From Eledone cirrhosa (Eukaryota): a stretch of 64,000 bases of DNA. Location: assembly GCA_964016885.1 (NCBI GenBank), contig OZ024743.1:4836001-4900000 (forward strand). Reading direction: 5' to 3'. The notes under the pieces are model-generated. The model worked only from the letters and a program-made list of their open reading frames with translations, was not told the origin of the DNA and did no database searches. Within the stretch, counting starts at the first letter, position 1; every line of letters begins with the position of its first letter. Made by a program: the position numbers and the translations under genes. Shown here one piece after another: positions 14,585 to 28,140 of the stretch.

Positions 14585-15497
14585 GTTTCTACTTTAGGCA
14601 CAAGGCCAGCAATTACCCAGTGCATTACTGGTACTTTATTTTATATACCCCGTAAGGATGAAAGGCAAAGTCAACCTCGGTGGGATTTGAACTCAGATCG
14701 TAAAGGGCCGTATATATATTATATTATATATATATTATATATAATATATAAGGGACGTATATTATATATATATAACAAAATAAAACAAGGACAAGTGGTT
14801 ACTCCTTCATTACGTTTATTGGTTGGTGACGCGCGTTTCACCCCCGATCAGCTCAAGTTTCGATCTGTATCTATCTAGCCCGACTCTGGCCAGGTTACCA
14901 GGTTGCCCAATGGCAAGTGGTTCCCAGGAGGCCTACGGTAACATTGCAGGAGTTCGCAGTAGCATTGCAGAGCCCACTGTAGTGTTTTAGGGGCCAATGC
15001 TTAGCTTTCAAAAAAATACCTGAAGTCTAAGAGAAAGAATAAAATGTTTTTAAAAATAAATAAATTAATTAAGCAAAGCATTTGGTCAACCAATTTCCCA
15101 GGAAATTAATAGAAACCAAAATAGCTGGAATCAGTGGTTGTACATTCTACTAAAGCTAAAGTTTAGTGTATTCATGCATGCAAACATACATATATAAACA
15201 CATACACACAAGCCTATATATATACTTACACATACACACGAACTACTGACCAAACAATGTTTGATACCAATGGGTTAAAGACATCTGTCAAATCAATTAG
15301 TGGTGAAGGTGATGTGTGTGTGTATATATCTTTAATATATCTCATATAAAATAATACAGCCAATTATCCACACAATACAATATAGTTAGCACTCCAAACG
15401 TTTAATTGGGAATATACTTCGGTATTTCCTAATGTTTGTTGAGTGAGTTGGAAATTGGTCAGAGTATCGTTATTAGCTTTCTCCGTTTACGTTATTA

Positions 15498-15559
<62 letters not shown>

Positions 15560-15562
<3 letters not shown>

Positions 15563-15855
15563 GGAAAAGAATGAAATGAAATTTCATTTCTCATTCTTAG
15601 TACGGCTGATACTTAAATATAAGTATGTACACGTATATACATACATGTATACAGACGTACAGTAGTATGTATATATATATACATACATGCACACATATAT
15701 ATATGTACGTATGGGTTTACCGAACATTTATTATAATGTTCGGTTTGTTTGTAAACAAACATCCCGAATTAAGCCGTACAGTGTTCGGCAACCATCGTTG
15801 CCCTTTTTGTTCAACACTGACAAAGGAACGATGAACAAGTTTCAAGCTTATTAGC
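15560..15855 (+). repeat. Dispersed repeat, second copy at 38565-38910
   Basis: Shared cttagtacggctg...cccgaattaagccgtacagtg...caagcttatt. Confidence 0.8.
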
Positions 15856-16199
15856 TATCGTCAGCATCGTATACCTTCCTGTCAGATGATTGAACGTTTG
15901 AACGTATATATTTTCCTTATGCATATTAACGGCTGAGCATTATTTTTGATGGATTGGCAGTATTGGTAGAGGGTCGGACGCCATGCTTTGACGTATAGAG
16001 TTACGGCCCTTGCCATTCCGAGTTCAAATCCCGCCAAGGTTAACTATCGGGGTCGATAAAATAAAGTACCAGTAATGCACTGGTTAATTGCTGGCCTTGT
16101 GCCTAACGTAGAAACAATTATTTTTGAGTGACAACTCCCAGATTCACTTGTGCACTTGTTCATCCTTTGAATGGTAAGAAGGTTTTACAGATGTTGAAC

Positions 16200-16826
16200 G
16201 TTACAGATATCTGGCCATTTGTATTTGATGACTTAAGGAGCTGCGTTCATTCTCCTAGAATCCATGTTCAGTTTTACGTTTATCTTGGGTACTGAATCTG
16301 CAAACTCATCAATGGTCCGTAGATATCTTCCTTCTCTTTCTTACTATATGTGTGATCCCAAACAACAATATCAGGCCGGTAGTGTTTTTTGTTTAGTAGC
16401 GCTTTCTATATCTATATTCCACCAATATTCCTTAGAGCCCTCAATTTCAACAAATTTTTCCCTATTTGTTGTTATTTTTGTCTTCTGTAGTGCATTCCAG
16501 ATTGTTCTGGTTACCATATCATGTCTCATGGGGAGGTAGTAACGAGAGGACATTCTTTCATAGTTGGCCATAATTTGACTAACATCGTCGGTTTTTGTTT
16601 TGTACAGCTTACATTTATTGCCAGCTGGTGGCTTTCCTCTTTTGTGAGGTAGGTACTTAGTAGGATGTCTTGTTTTGGGATTGCATAAAAGTATGAACTC
16701 GTTGGGACACCATGTCAGACATTTAGTGTGGTTTATCTCCTCTATAGTCTTAATGACCTGGTCTTTTTTTCTTTCATCGAGCATTGAGTACAGTTTTCCA
16801 TTATTCCTGGGAGGAATCTGTGTCAT
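16200..16826 (-). mobile_element. Remnant of restriction-like-endonuclease (RLE) non-LTR retrotransposon C-terminus (R4/NeSL-like)
   Basis: ORF 16371..16826 has a degenerate zinc knuckle plus RHD motif. After a frameshift it reads KHYRPDIVVWD, the RLE PD motif. Confidence 0.65.
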
Positions 16827-16857
16827 CTTACTATTTCATTTTTTATTTCTGATTCTA

Positions 16858-16893
16858 TCTTCTGATGAAGGACTAGGATCCGAAACGTAAAAA
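16858..16893 (+). ncRNA. Minimal hammerhead ribozyme; inverted mutated partner at 17404-17439
   Basis: tctt-CTGATGA-agga-ctagga-tcc-GAAA-c-GTA-aaaa. The partner has CGGATGA and the aaga stem I strand. Stem III is the palindromic ACGU typical of PLE minimal HHRs. Confidence 0.65.
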
Positions 16894-16981
16894 CTCTTTT
16901 CCTACTATATCAAGCGTTGAACTAATATACTTCTTCATTGTACTGTGTTGTTTTTGTTTACCTGATGCACACACACGCACA

Positions 16982-17105
<124 letters not shown>

Positions 17106-17557
17106 TATATTGTATATTATATATTGTTGCCTGAGTGTGTGGTTGTAATCACTAAAGAAAGGGCCCTCAATGTGTCAACATAGTGGTAAATATATTATAT
17201 TATATGAAATATATCGCCAACTGGCTTATACCTTCCTAGTGACTCCGTGTTTCCCGACACAAATTGATTCTACTTCGTTAGTCAGCTATGAGAAAGTCAC
17301 CGCCGGGTGTGTGGGTGGATGCAAAAAGAAAACAGAAAAAAAAAGCAAACAACACAGTACAAAGAAATATATTAGTTTAACGCTTGATATAGTAGGAAAA
17401 TAGTCTTTACGTTTCGGACACTAGTCCTTCATCCGAAGGTAGAATGAGAAATAAAGGATGAAATAGAAAGATAGAGAGTGAAAACAGGAGGGAACGGAAA
17501 AGATGTTTTGAGAAAAAGCATGTTTGTCAGCCAATATGTATATATATGTGTGTGTGT

Positions 17558-17749
<192 letters not shown>

Positions 17750-18136
17750 ATGCGTGTGTGCGTGTGTGTGTGTGTGTGTAATATGTGTCTATTTGTGTGC
17801 GTGCGTGTGTGTATGTGCCCAACTAAAAGAAGTACTATATAAACGACTAAATCCTCGAAGATGGTACCACAGCATGGCCACAGTTCAAGGTCTGAAACTA
17901 GTACAATACACACATACATGCATTCACCAATCTGCCCTTCCATGCTATTAAACGGCAATGTGTTGAGGGAAATATTGTTGCTATTTCTAGCAGAACTATC
18001 AATCCTGTAAGAAGCTCCAGACCGTGTGTGTTGTTTTGTTTACGTTTTTCTGTTTCTATATAAACTTATTAACCTTCTTTAACCCTCTTTTTCCCTATCC
18101 CACCTCCCATCTGTCTGCACATTATATATATATATA

Positions 18137-18210
<74 letters not shown>

Positions 18211-18341
18211 TGTGCATGTGTATATACATATATATATATATACACATGCACACACACATATATATATATATATATATACTAAGCTAGTTAAAAAGAATCG
18301 ACGCAGCCTCGGTCGTTTTCTCATTCACTCAATGAGATAAT

Positions 18342-18344
<3 letters not shown>

Positions 18345-18375
<31 letters not shown>

Positions 18376-18388
18376 TATATAGATATAG

Positions 18389-18421
<33 letters not shown>

Positions 18422-18508
18422 CAGCGAGAAAGAGAGAGGATGTATGTATGCATGGATGGATATGTATGTACATATGTATGTATGTATGTATGTACATATG
18501 TGTATATG

Positions 18509-18539
<31 letters not shown>

Positions 18540-18682
18540 GTATGTGTGTATGCATGTACGTACGTATGTATGTACGTATATATGTATGTATGTATATATG
18601 TATGTATGTATATATGAATGTATGTACGTATATATGTATGTATATATATATATGTATGTATATATGTATGTATATATGTATG

Positions 18683-18716
<34 letters not shown>

Positions 18717-18938
18717 CATATGTGTATATGTATGTATGTATATATATGTATATATATGTATGTGTGTATGTACGTACGTATGTATGTACGTATATATGTA
18801 TGTATATATGTATGTATGTATATATGAATGTATGTGCGTATATATGTATGTATATATGTATGTATATATGAATGTATGTGCGTATATATGTATGTATATA
18901 TGTATGTATGTATATATGTATGTATGTATGTATGTATA
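18345..18938. repeat. (TA)/(TG)/(TATG)n compound microsatellite; similar large tracts at 4547-4800, 6323-6670, 9006-9298, 10078-10240, 17538-17815, 45975-46422, 58678-58858
   Basis: Direct inspection. Confidence 0.95.
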
Positions 18939-19234
18939 TCTTCAGTTGTTTCTTTCCTTCGCTTAAGTTGTTTGTCGCTGTTAATAGTCGTTTGACATTG
19001 TTTAAAGATGCCAGATCGATGTGTGTGTGTGTGTGTTTATGGATGCGTGTGTGTGTGAGAGAGCGTGCGTATGTCACAAGCCTCTACACGTGTATGCAAT
19101 CTCTACGTTTTTAAAATTAGCCTAAATTTCTTCTTAGACGGGGCAAGTTGACAACGAAACGAGAGAAGTGAAATTAAGAACGATCCGCTCTGTAAGTTTA
19201 CCGCTGTGTGTGTATATATGCGTGTGTGTGTGTG

Positions 19235-19366
<132 letters not shown>

Positions 19367-19466
19367 GACGTCATCTTGATGGGGAAGGGGCGGATTAGAA
19401 AAATGAATAGGAAAATTTCATTTCTCGCCTTTATTCATTTATTTATTTCTACAAAGTTGTCCAAAT

Positions 19467-19623
19467 TCATCATCACCATCATCATCACCATTATCATCAT
19501 CATCACCATCATCACCATTATCATCATCATCACCACCACCACCACCATTATAATCATCATCACCACCACCACCATCATCATCATCACCACCACCACCACC
19601 ACCATCATTATCATCATCACCAC

Positions 19624-19655
<32 letters not shown>

Positions 19656-19672
19656 CCACCACCACCACCATT

Positions 19673-19703
<31 letters not shown>

Positions 19704-19752
19704 CCATCATCACTATCACCATCACCATCACCATCACCACCACCACCATCAC

Positions 19753-19783
<31 letters not shown>

Positions 19784-19926
19784 GTCATGACCACCATCAT
19801 CATCATCATCACTACCACCATCACCATCACCACCATCATCATCATCATCACCACCACCACCACCATCATCACCACCACCACCACCACTACATCATCATCA
19901 TCGTCGCTATCATCATCATCATCATC
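19467..19926. repeat. (CAT/CAC)n compound trinucleotide microsatellite
   Basis: Direct inspection. Confidence 0.95.
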
Positions 19927-20644
19927 AGTGTCGTTGTTTGCTGTTTTCTTTATCTTAATGGATCAGTCATTTAATGCACACATTCATTTTTCTTTCTTCT
20001 TTTTCTTTACTTTCCAATAAAAGAAAATAAAGGAAAAGTTAAGAAATATAAATAAAAGGGAGGTAACATAAAAAAAGAATAAGAATGGCGGGTCTAGGTC
20101 GGAAAGCAAGCAGCAGTCGTAGATCCACCCAAGTAGTCGCGTGTTCGCTTTGGACTGTGGCACGTGCCTCGCTATACTGGGTCTGTTTAACAGCGACTAC
20201 GTCTGCTACGAAACTATTCATAACGACTCAGGCAAATATTAACTAATATAATCGAAGATCTATCAATTAGACGAGAGAAAGGGGAAAAAAGAGAGAGAGA
20301 AAAAAAAAAGAAAGAGTAAGAGAAAGAACATTAAATGTTTTTTCGTCTTCTTTCATTTTATTTATTTATTTAATTATTTTGCTGCACCCGAATACTTAAT
20401 TCGTAGGTAAAAAAAAGAACGAAAGAGGCCCCCGTGTTTTTGGACGCCCCGACAACTCGTTCCTAGTTGCCTAGGTCGGCTGCCAGCCACGCGTACCAGC
20501 ATCTGGCATCAAAATTGTCGTCCCAGACTAAACGTTATCAACACAAAACACAATCTGGTCTATCATCGAATGTATGCGATGATAGATGCAACCAAACTTT
20601 TCAAACGTTCGTATGGATTTTCAACTAAACTAATTCACACAAAC

Positions 20645-20729
<85 letters not shown>

Positions 20730-21176
20730 AAATCAGGCACACACGCACACACAGGTATATACACGCTATCATCTGGGTGTCTCTAGTTACATCAGTGTCT
20801 GAAACTTACTAGCCAAGGTATAACTTTATAACTCTATTTTATCTTTTATAAATATGTATGCCTGCGTGGGAAGGGGCGGGGATATGTATGCGTTTCTATA
20901 GATAGATAGATGGATAGATAATAATAGTTTCTACGTTTGGCACAAGGCCAGCAATTATCCCAGTGTATTACTGGAACTTTATTTTATCGACCCAGTAAGG
21001 ATGAAAGGCAAAGTTAACCTCGGTGGGATATGAACTCAGACAGTAAAGGGACGTAACTCTATAGCAATAGTAATAATAAGGGTCTGAAAAAGTTAGGAAA
21101 ATTTAATACATCTCTCTCTCACCCCTCTCTCCCTCTCTTTATGTATATCTATTATATATTATATATACTCTATATA

Positions 21177-21250
<74 letters not shown>

Positions 21251-21257
<7 letters not shown>

Positions 21258-21534
21258 AAAAAGGGATGAAATCGAAAATGCAACTGAAGTCTTATTTTTT
21301 TTTAAATATATATATTTATTTGGTTCCTTTACCGGTTTCGCAGTTCTTCTGCTTTTCAAAAGGTGAGTTGAGATGGAGGGTCTGTGGTTTAGAAAAACCA
21401 CAGACCCTCCATCTCAACTCACCTTTTGAAAAGCAGAAGAACTGCGAAACCGGTAAAGGAACCAAATAAATATATATATTTTAAAAAAAATAAGACTTCA
21501 GTTGCATTTTCGATTTCATCCCTTTTTCTTTATA
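21251..21534. repeat. Near-perfect ~140-bp-arm palindrome next to (TA)n
   Basis: Centre ggttt-agaa-aaacc at ~21392. The arms are reverse-complementary out to tataaagaaaaaggg and ccctttttctttata. Confidence 0.95.
21422..21459 (+). ncRNA. Variant minimal hammerhead (U3-A8 core); mirror copy on minus strand at 21326-21363
   Basis: cctt-TTGAAAA-gcag-aagaa-ctgc-GAAA-ccg-GTA-aagg. Stems I and II are perfect and stem III is palindromic (ACCGGT). Confidence 0.65.
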
Positions 21535-21589
21535 CTTCCACTCGTGTAGGACACCTCGGTTATTTTTCATTTTGTAAAAAAAACCTCAC

Positions 21590-21640
<51 letters not shown>

Positions 21641-22095
21641 TAAACGGAATAGAAAATGCTGACAAATTGTTCACAGTTGAAAAATGGTTTAATTAGGAAT
21701 AAAAGAGTATTAGTGATTGTATGGGTTAGTATTCAGTTGTGGTTTTAAGTTTTTAAGTTTTTACCGGTTGCGCATTTCTAAATGCTTTTCAAAAATAATT
21801 TTGAGATAGAGTGTCCGTGTTGTTTGCTCTGATCTGATTAGTTTTGGGAATTCTACCTGTTTTTATGTTAAAAAAGTGGCTCCAGCGCTACTTTGGTGTT
21901 GCCAAAATTCTTGTGGTCAAAACAATTTTGATTGGTCGGTAGAGGTCATGTGAATAAAAAAATTGGTTTTGCGCAAAGACTGAGAAATGACTCTTTCACA
22001 ACAAATATGTGTGTGTGTGTGTGTAGTAGTAGTAGTAAGGTGTTCGATGTTGTGATAATGGTTAGCAGGGATGTGTGTCAATTGGCTATTAAGAT

Positions 22096-22171
<76 letters not shown>

Positions 22172-22230
22172 TATATTATAATATATTATATTATATTATA
22201 TATATGGTATATCATATTATATTATGTATA

Positions 22231-22420
22231 AGGGTGGATTGGCAATATCGGTAGAGGGTCGGACGCTATGCTTTGACGCATAGAGTTACGGCTCTTGCCA
22301 TTCTGAGTTCAAATCCCGCCGAGGTTAACTTTGCCTTTCATCCTTATGGGGTCGATAAAATAAAGTACCAGTAATGCACTGGGTAATTGCTGGCCCTGTG
22401 CCAAAAAGTAGAAACAATTA
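22231..22420 (+). mobile_element. Same SINE family, full-length
   Basis: Direct match to 43224-43411. Confidence 0.88.
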
Positions 22421-22614
22421 TATATATATATATATATGTGTGTGTGTGCGTGTATGTGTGTGTGTGTGGTATATTAATTGGTATGTAATGTTTAGTCACT
22501 ATTGGTTCACCAGTTTCAGTGCTCAATGGGTCCAGTGACGATGTTGTATTCCGCGTTTGGTAATTCACCACAGTAGGCATCCTTAAGTAGCCGAGTGCTA
22601 ATAATATTAATAAT

Positions 22615-22792
22615 AATTGTTTCTACTTTAGGCACAAGGCCAGCAATTACCCAGTACATTACTGGTACTTTATTTTATCGACCCCGTAAGGATGAAAGGC
22701 AAAGTCAACCTCGGCGGGATTTGAACTCAGATCGTAAAGGGACGTAACTATGCTGGAAAGCATGGCGTCCGACCCTCTACCGATACTGCCAA
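22615..22792 (-). mobile_element. Same SINE family, inverted
   Basis: Reverse-complement match. Other copies (approximate starts): 690-, 1258-, 5450-, 7490-, 7600+, 10557-, 14580-, 15950+, 20925-, 26825+, 37019+, 37862-, 41613+, 57855-, 58177+, 62806-. Confidence 0.88.
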
Positions 22793-22980
22793 TGAGCAGG
22801 AACGAAGTATTAACATAGCATCATTATGTTTATTCATATATGAAGCCTGTTTCGCGAACGATCACTTTGTAGATTCTCTAATGAATTCATTAGAGTAACA
22901 AGACTCACTATTTAGCCTTAATAAAGTGAATATTAAAACTCTATTTCGGTATTGAGTACTCTCAGCCGTCAACCTCATAC

Positions 22981-23031
<51 letters not shown>

Positions 23032-23073
23032 AAAGAACACAAGAGCGTCTACAACATCAAAAGATTTTTATTG

Positions 23074-23118
23074 GCTTACAATGTTTCTTCCTTACGTAAC
23101 CGTAGGATTCGTCAGAGC
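23074..23118 (-). ncRNA. Minimal hammerhead ribozyme (PLE pLTR type)
   Basis: Minus strand: gct-CTGACGA-atcctacg-gtta-cgtaaggaa-GAAA-catt-GTA-agc. Confidence 0.7.
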
Positions 23119-23899
23119 TATAAAAGGGGTTTGATTGGTATTATGGACTCTACCAACCAAACATTCAAGAACAAAGAGTAAAGAGAGTAAAGAGCAAAAG
23201 CAGGGGACGATAAGTCTAATTTTGGTGCGGGAGGGTGGGGTGTGGGTCCTTGTTTACTAGCTGTGGTCATATTCATTCCCGGGAGTCGAGTGGTTATTTG
23301 AGCCATAGATGGGGTGGCGTCGATAGTAGGGTGCAGAGGGTGTGCAGAGGCTACACACACACAAAGGGCATGCAATATATATATAACGGAGGAGAAAGTA
23401 CATGAGGTAATTAGAAATGGAAAAAGAGTAATAATAATAATCTATAATTAATAATGTATAATAAGGCATGGGGAAGATTACACTATAATAAGGTATAAAA
23501 GTAAGAATAAGGTAAAATATAAATGAGGATAAAAGTGAAAATAAGAATAAAGATAAAAAAATATATATATAAAAAAATATATAGAGAATATATAAAGAAA
23601 TATAAGCAAGTATTAGAAAGGGTAAAACACAATGTAAAAAAACCGATTTTTTCAAATAAAAATATTATAAATATGGGGGGAGAAAACGGGATAGAGAAAT
23701 ATAATCAAATGTGATTAGTTGAGAGAATATAAGATGATAATAGTTATGTCAAGTTTATACATCTTAATAATAAATAATCTGTATATCAGAGTTACACATC
23801 CATCAATTCACTTGCAGGTTCAACCCACGTGGCATAGTCCATTGTTCATCTATGTGGTCATGTGCGTTTGTGTTTGACACCACAGCAGATGCACAAGTT

Positions 23900-24330
23900 C
23901 GTAAATTCCAATGCAGATAGAACTCTATTTTTGCTCACCCAGACATTGACGGAGGATCCAATATTCCTAGTTCAATATGTGTGTGGTGTTATTTTGGTCG
24001 CACAAATCAATCACTTGGTTCAATATTATGGAGTATGGTTTTCTGGTCTTCGTAACAGTGTCAGTGGTTGTATATCTCGAAATCACAAGGATCACAGTAC
24101 TCCGGTTTGGTGTGATTATCGGACATCCAACTATGTTGTCGGTGGTTGGATTCAATTCTATTGCTCCGAACGTAGAACTTTGTCGATTGAACATTAACGA
24201 GGCAGAGTGAGGTCGCATCTGTGGTACAAAACGGTACGCAAGGAAATTCTTCTTCTTCGTTTCATCCGGGTCCAGCAGTCATGTGCAAGAACCGCTACGT
24301 AGTAATTGTGAGGGTAATCGGTCAAGATAG
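23900..24330 (+). mobile_element. Degenerate GIY-YIG (PLE-like) remnant
   Basis: YFGRTNQSL at ~23989 is preceded by a Cys-containing segment. The region is heavily frameshifted. Confidence 0.35.
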
Positions 24331-25554
24331 TAACTGACCGAAAATTCTCTTAGGAATTCAGACAGGCATGACAGGTACATTTAGGTCAGCAGTTTCTTTA
24401 TGTGTACGTGTGTCCGATACACACAGACACATATTTATATGTATTTCAACTCAAAAAATTCAATTGATTCGCTTATTGATATCATATCTCTGTTGCTCCG
24501 ATGGGCATGTTGTGGTGTTCTGGTCGTGTTTAGCATTCACTGTGTTTTGCCATTACCTTGGAATGTGATGTTATGGTCATCAATAGTCCGGCAAGCGCAT
24601 TCCTCTCTTATATTGTGGGGAATGGTGTTCTGGTCCCCAGTAAACATTTGGGTCAGCAGGAGGGGTGGTGGTTCTCAGTTTCAACTGCGACAATATATAT
24701 ATATATATATATATGTTTATCCCGGGTTCAATCGGAGTAACCACAGTAAGTAAGGTACTCAATAGATAGCCGAGTATAAATATCTAATATAGAAATGCCT
24801 TCTACAGGACTAGAACTGTTTCATTCGGAGGAAATCATCATGGAAGCCATATATATATATATATATATCCCGAGTTCAATCTGGGTTAACCACAGTAAGG
24901 TACTCAATATATATATATATATATAATATGTGTATGTATGTATGAGATAATGAAGCCTTACTTTTAAATGTTTTTATTGTATATCGAACGTTATAATTGT
25001 TTCACAAATGATTGGCTCTAGTTCAAAATGGGCAACTTTTGATGCTAGTCAAAAAGACAAACATGCCACATGCGGCTCGCGGGCCGCAGTTTGCCTATGA
25101 CTGCTTTAGGTCTTTATCGATATGTTAGACGTGACCCCAGTATTAATCTGATTATCAGACGTGTGGACTCAATGAAAGCATTTTTACCTCTAGAACCCCT
25201 GATATGGTAGTGATATATCTACACATTTAATCGGTATCTCTTTATTAGTTGTTTGGCCAGCATGTGGGTCTATTAGGTTGAATTTAGTGATTTGGTGGTG
25301 TGAGGCGTATGTGGACAAACTAAGAGTATACGCCAGATCAGTTGACCGGGCATTTGCTACCCCATAGGCTGGGATTATCAAACCAGGGGCAACAACACCC
25401 ACAGCAACGATGACGATAGCAATTACCACAACGGCAGCACCACCACAACACCACAACACCAACAACACACCAGCAGCAACAGCAACAACTTTAATAACCA
25501 CTGAGGTGGTGGTTCATACCAGTCGTTAAAAAGTCAGAAATTGGCGGACAACAA

Positions 25555-26823
25555 CAACATAAAGTAGACATTAAGGACAGTACAGGACAATACAGGACGG
25601 TACAAATGGGCATTTCTGCGTGTAAAAAAAAGAGGATGTAATAAAAATAACAATGAAAAATTCCCCAATAGGGGGGAGACTTCCGAAGGACATTTGTGGA
25701 GAAAGCCCATTAAAAGGCCACAGTGACCCTGACCACCAGGGCAAGTGCCCTCTCCCAGTTTTCCACCTTTAATTTAAAGACACATACTCAGAGTAGACCC
25801 ATTCACTCGAGCCATACTTGCTTCTCTCACCCATCTTTCAACAAAATGGTGGGAAGAGAGCACTTCCCTCTCTACCCTGATTTTCCTTTTCAAATGAAAT
25901 TTGAAAAAGTTAATCAGGGCATCACCGAAGAGGTAAGTGCTCGTCTTCAGCCCTTTCAAACGTGTCCACCATACTATCTCTTTCGCCATGGCCACCAGAC
26001 AGATAAAAACTGCCTGCCCTTCCCGGCTAAAGGAAGAAGCGGGACAATCCTCACGATGGACTCAGCTGATAGCTGGATCCGTCCTACAGGTGACAGCAGG
26101 TGTTCGACATAAACCCACAAGTCAGCAATGCTCGGACAGTGGACGAGTGCGTGCAGGACGGTTTCGTCGCCCTGCGCACATCTCGGACATGCCCGGCTGA
26201 CGGCACCTCCATGCCTTTCGAGTTTATTCCGAACTGGCAAAGCTCCTCGGTAGCACTGCCAGGCCAGGGATTTGTGGAAGTTGTCCATAGGCCCCGGCCC
26301 GAAAGTCCTTCCGAAGAGATTGGCTAGTTGATTTTCGTCGACGCCTAGAGTTTCTCCAAGTACGTCGTCGCTCTTCCCCTCCACTAATCCTCTATAGACG
26401 GCCAAGGTGGAGTTTCCACCGATCACATTGCCCGATTGGTCGAGTGCTGTGTGCGCCTGAAGACATTCCAGTCTCCAAGCGCTCCCTCTCGGTCTTCGCT
26501 TGACCCAGGACTGCAGCTCCGTCAAGGAGACGAGCTGGGGAAAGACGTGTCTAGCAAACGGCGACCACACCTGATCACCGTCGAGGAAGAGGTGGAGATG
26601 TCGTAGCCTGAGCGCGTGTCTGCGCATCATCAGCCACGGCATGCCTAGCCCTCCACGTAGCGGGTGTTGACAGCAGATGGACCGCCTGACCATCGGAGCG
26701 CGTCCCTTCCACAATAAGCGAAAGAGCAAACGCTCCAGCGCAGTCAGGCGGTGCTTAGGATAAGGTACGACGGTCAGGCGGTAGTAGATGACGGATGCGG
26801 TGTACGTATTCGCCACCTCCGCT
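25555..26823 (-). mobile_element. Tx1-like LINE 3' fragment (ORF2 C-terminus + 3'UTR)
   Basis: ORFs 25974..26816 and 25774..25995 are clear homologs of the C-terminal half of 28463..29923. The 3'UTR is nearly the same as 34150-34380. Confidence 0.9.
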
Positions 26824-26944
26824 CGAGGTTAACTTTGCTTTCCTCATTACGGAGTCGATAAAATAAAGTACCAGTAATGTACTGGGTATTTGCTGGCCTT
26901 GTGTCAAAAGTAGAAGCAATTAAATTTGTTTTTGGAGGGGGAGG

Positions 26945-28140
26945 GAAGAGAATTTTTTTCTTTTTTGGTTTCTTTTTTCTTTTTTCCTGATACCGTTACC
27001 TACTCCTCGTCGTCACAATCTGTCTCCAGTTGTGATAGGCCGGGGAGTGGAAAATCCTCCACAGCCGTTAGTTTTGGTTGTGGTGTGGTGGATGGTGTAG
27101 GCGCTGGTGCTAGTTCTGGCGCGTTGGGTGGTGGTGGTGTTGGTTTTGCTACTGTTGCTGGGGTTGTTGCTGTTACAGTTGCTTCTGTTGTTGCTGCTAC
27201 AGTTGTTGCTGCCATCTCTGCTGCTGGTGTTGTTGATGGTTGAGTCACCGGGGTGGGTAACAGAGGTGGCCTCAACCTTTTAGCCTGAAGGCAGAAAGCC
27301 ATTCACCACAAACGACACACCTAGGCCTTCTGCCCTCGACGATTACGGTGAGGTGGCTGCCCTCAGTGAGGTCTATTACCTCTGGGATCTCCTCAATGCT
27401 GTTTTGGTCCGCTTGGATCAGGAGCTCCATCCCAGATCCGGACCAATTCTCCTGCATTTCTTTCGCTATTACGATTATCTTGGTGTTGGCTTCGATGCCG
27501 GTGGGGACGGCAGCTATTAGCCAGGGAATTTCGATGGCCGGTGGAACGTGGGTGACCCTGATCTTTACGAGTTTCTGGCTACAATAGTTTGGGACGAGTG
27601 TGAAGTCGTCACTTCTTAATGGGGCCATGTTCTCTAGCCTCCTGTGGGTGTTTCAAAGAACACGTCCACGGTTCCATATTTCTGCCCACGTCTGATTTGG
27701 GTGTTTTTTGCCCACATATGTCCCAAAGCTTTTTGGATTTGGGACTCGGATGCCCGTTCCACTCGGCGCGATTTTATGTTAATTGTTCGATAAGACACGG
27801 TGCATAGGCGCCGATGCTCCATTTTATTAGGTGGAGGGGTGAGGCTGACCCTGTACCCATCTTTCTTTACCATTTTTCGGTGTGAGGTGTTAGTTTGTGA
27901 GGAAGGTGTGACCCTGAGTCGTCCATGATTTTTCAAAGAAAAATCTTTTTTTGATAATTATAAAAGTTTAAATTTTGGGCTCAAGGCCCCAATCTTTATG
28001 GGTGTCCTTTTCAGAAATCAATGTGTGTGCACTTATATACAGTTAACAATAAAAATTTCCCATAAATGGCAATTTTAAACAACTGAAAATAACAAACCTT
28101 TGCGGAGCTCACAATAATACGATTTACTACGTACGTCGCC
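26945..28140 (-). mobile_element. Tx1-like LINE 5' fragment (5'UTR + degenerate ORF1)
   Basis: ORFs 27634..27936, 27272..27628 and 27000..27302 align by eye with ORF1 at 32060-33350 (RVERASESQIQKALG, VEGRRPRC). Confidence 0.85.
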
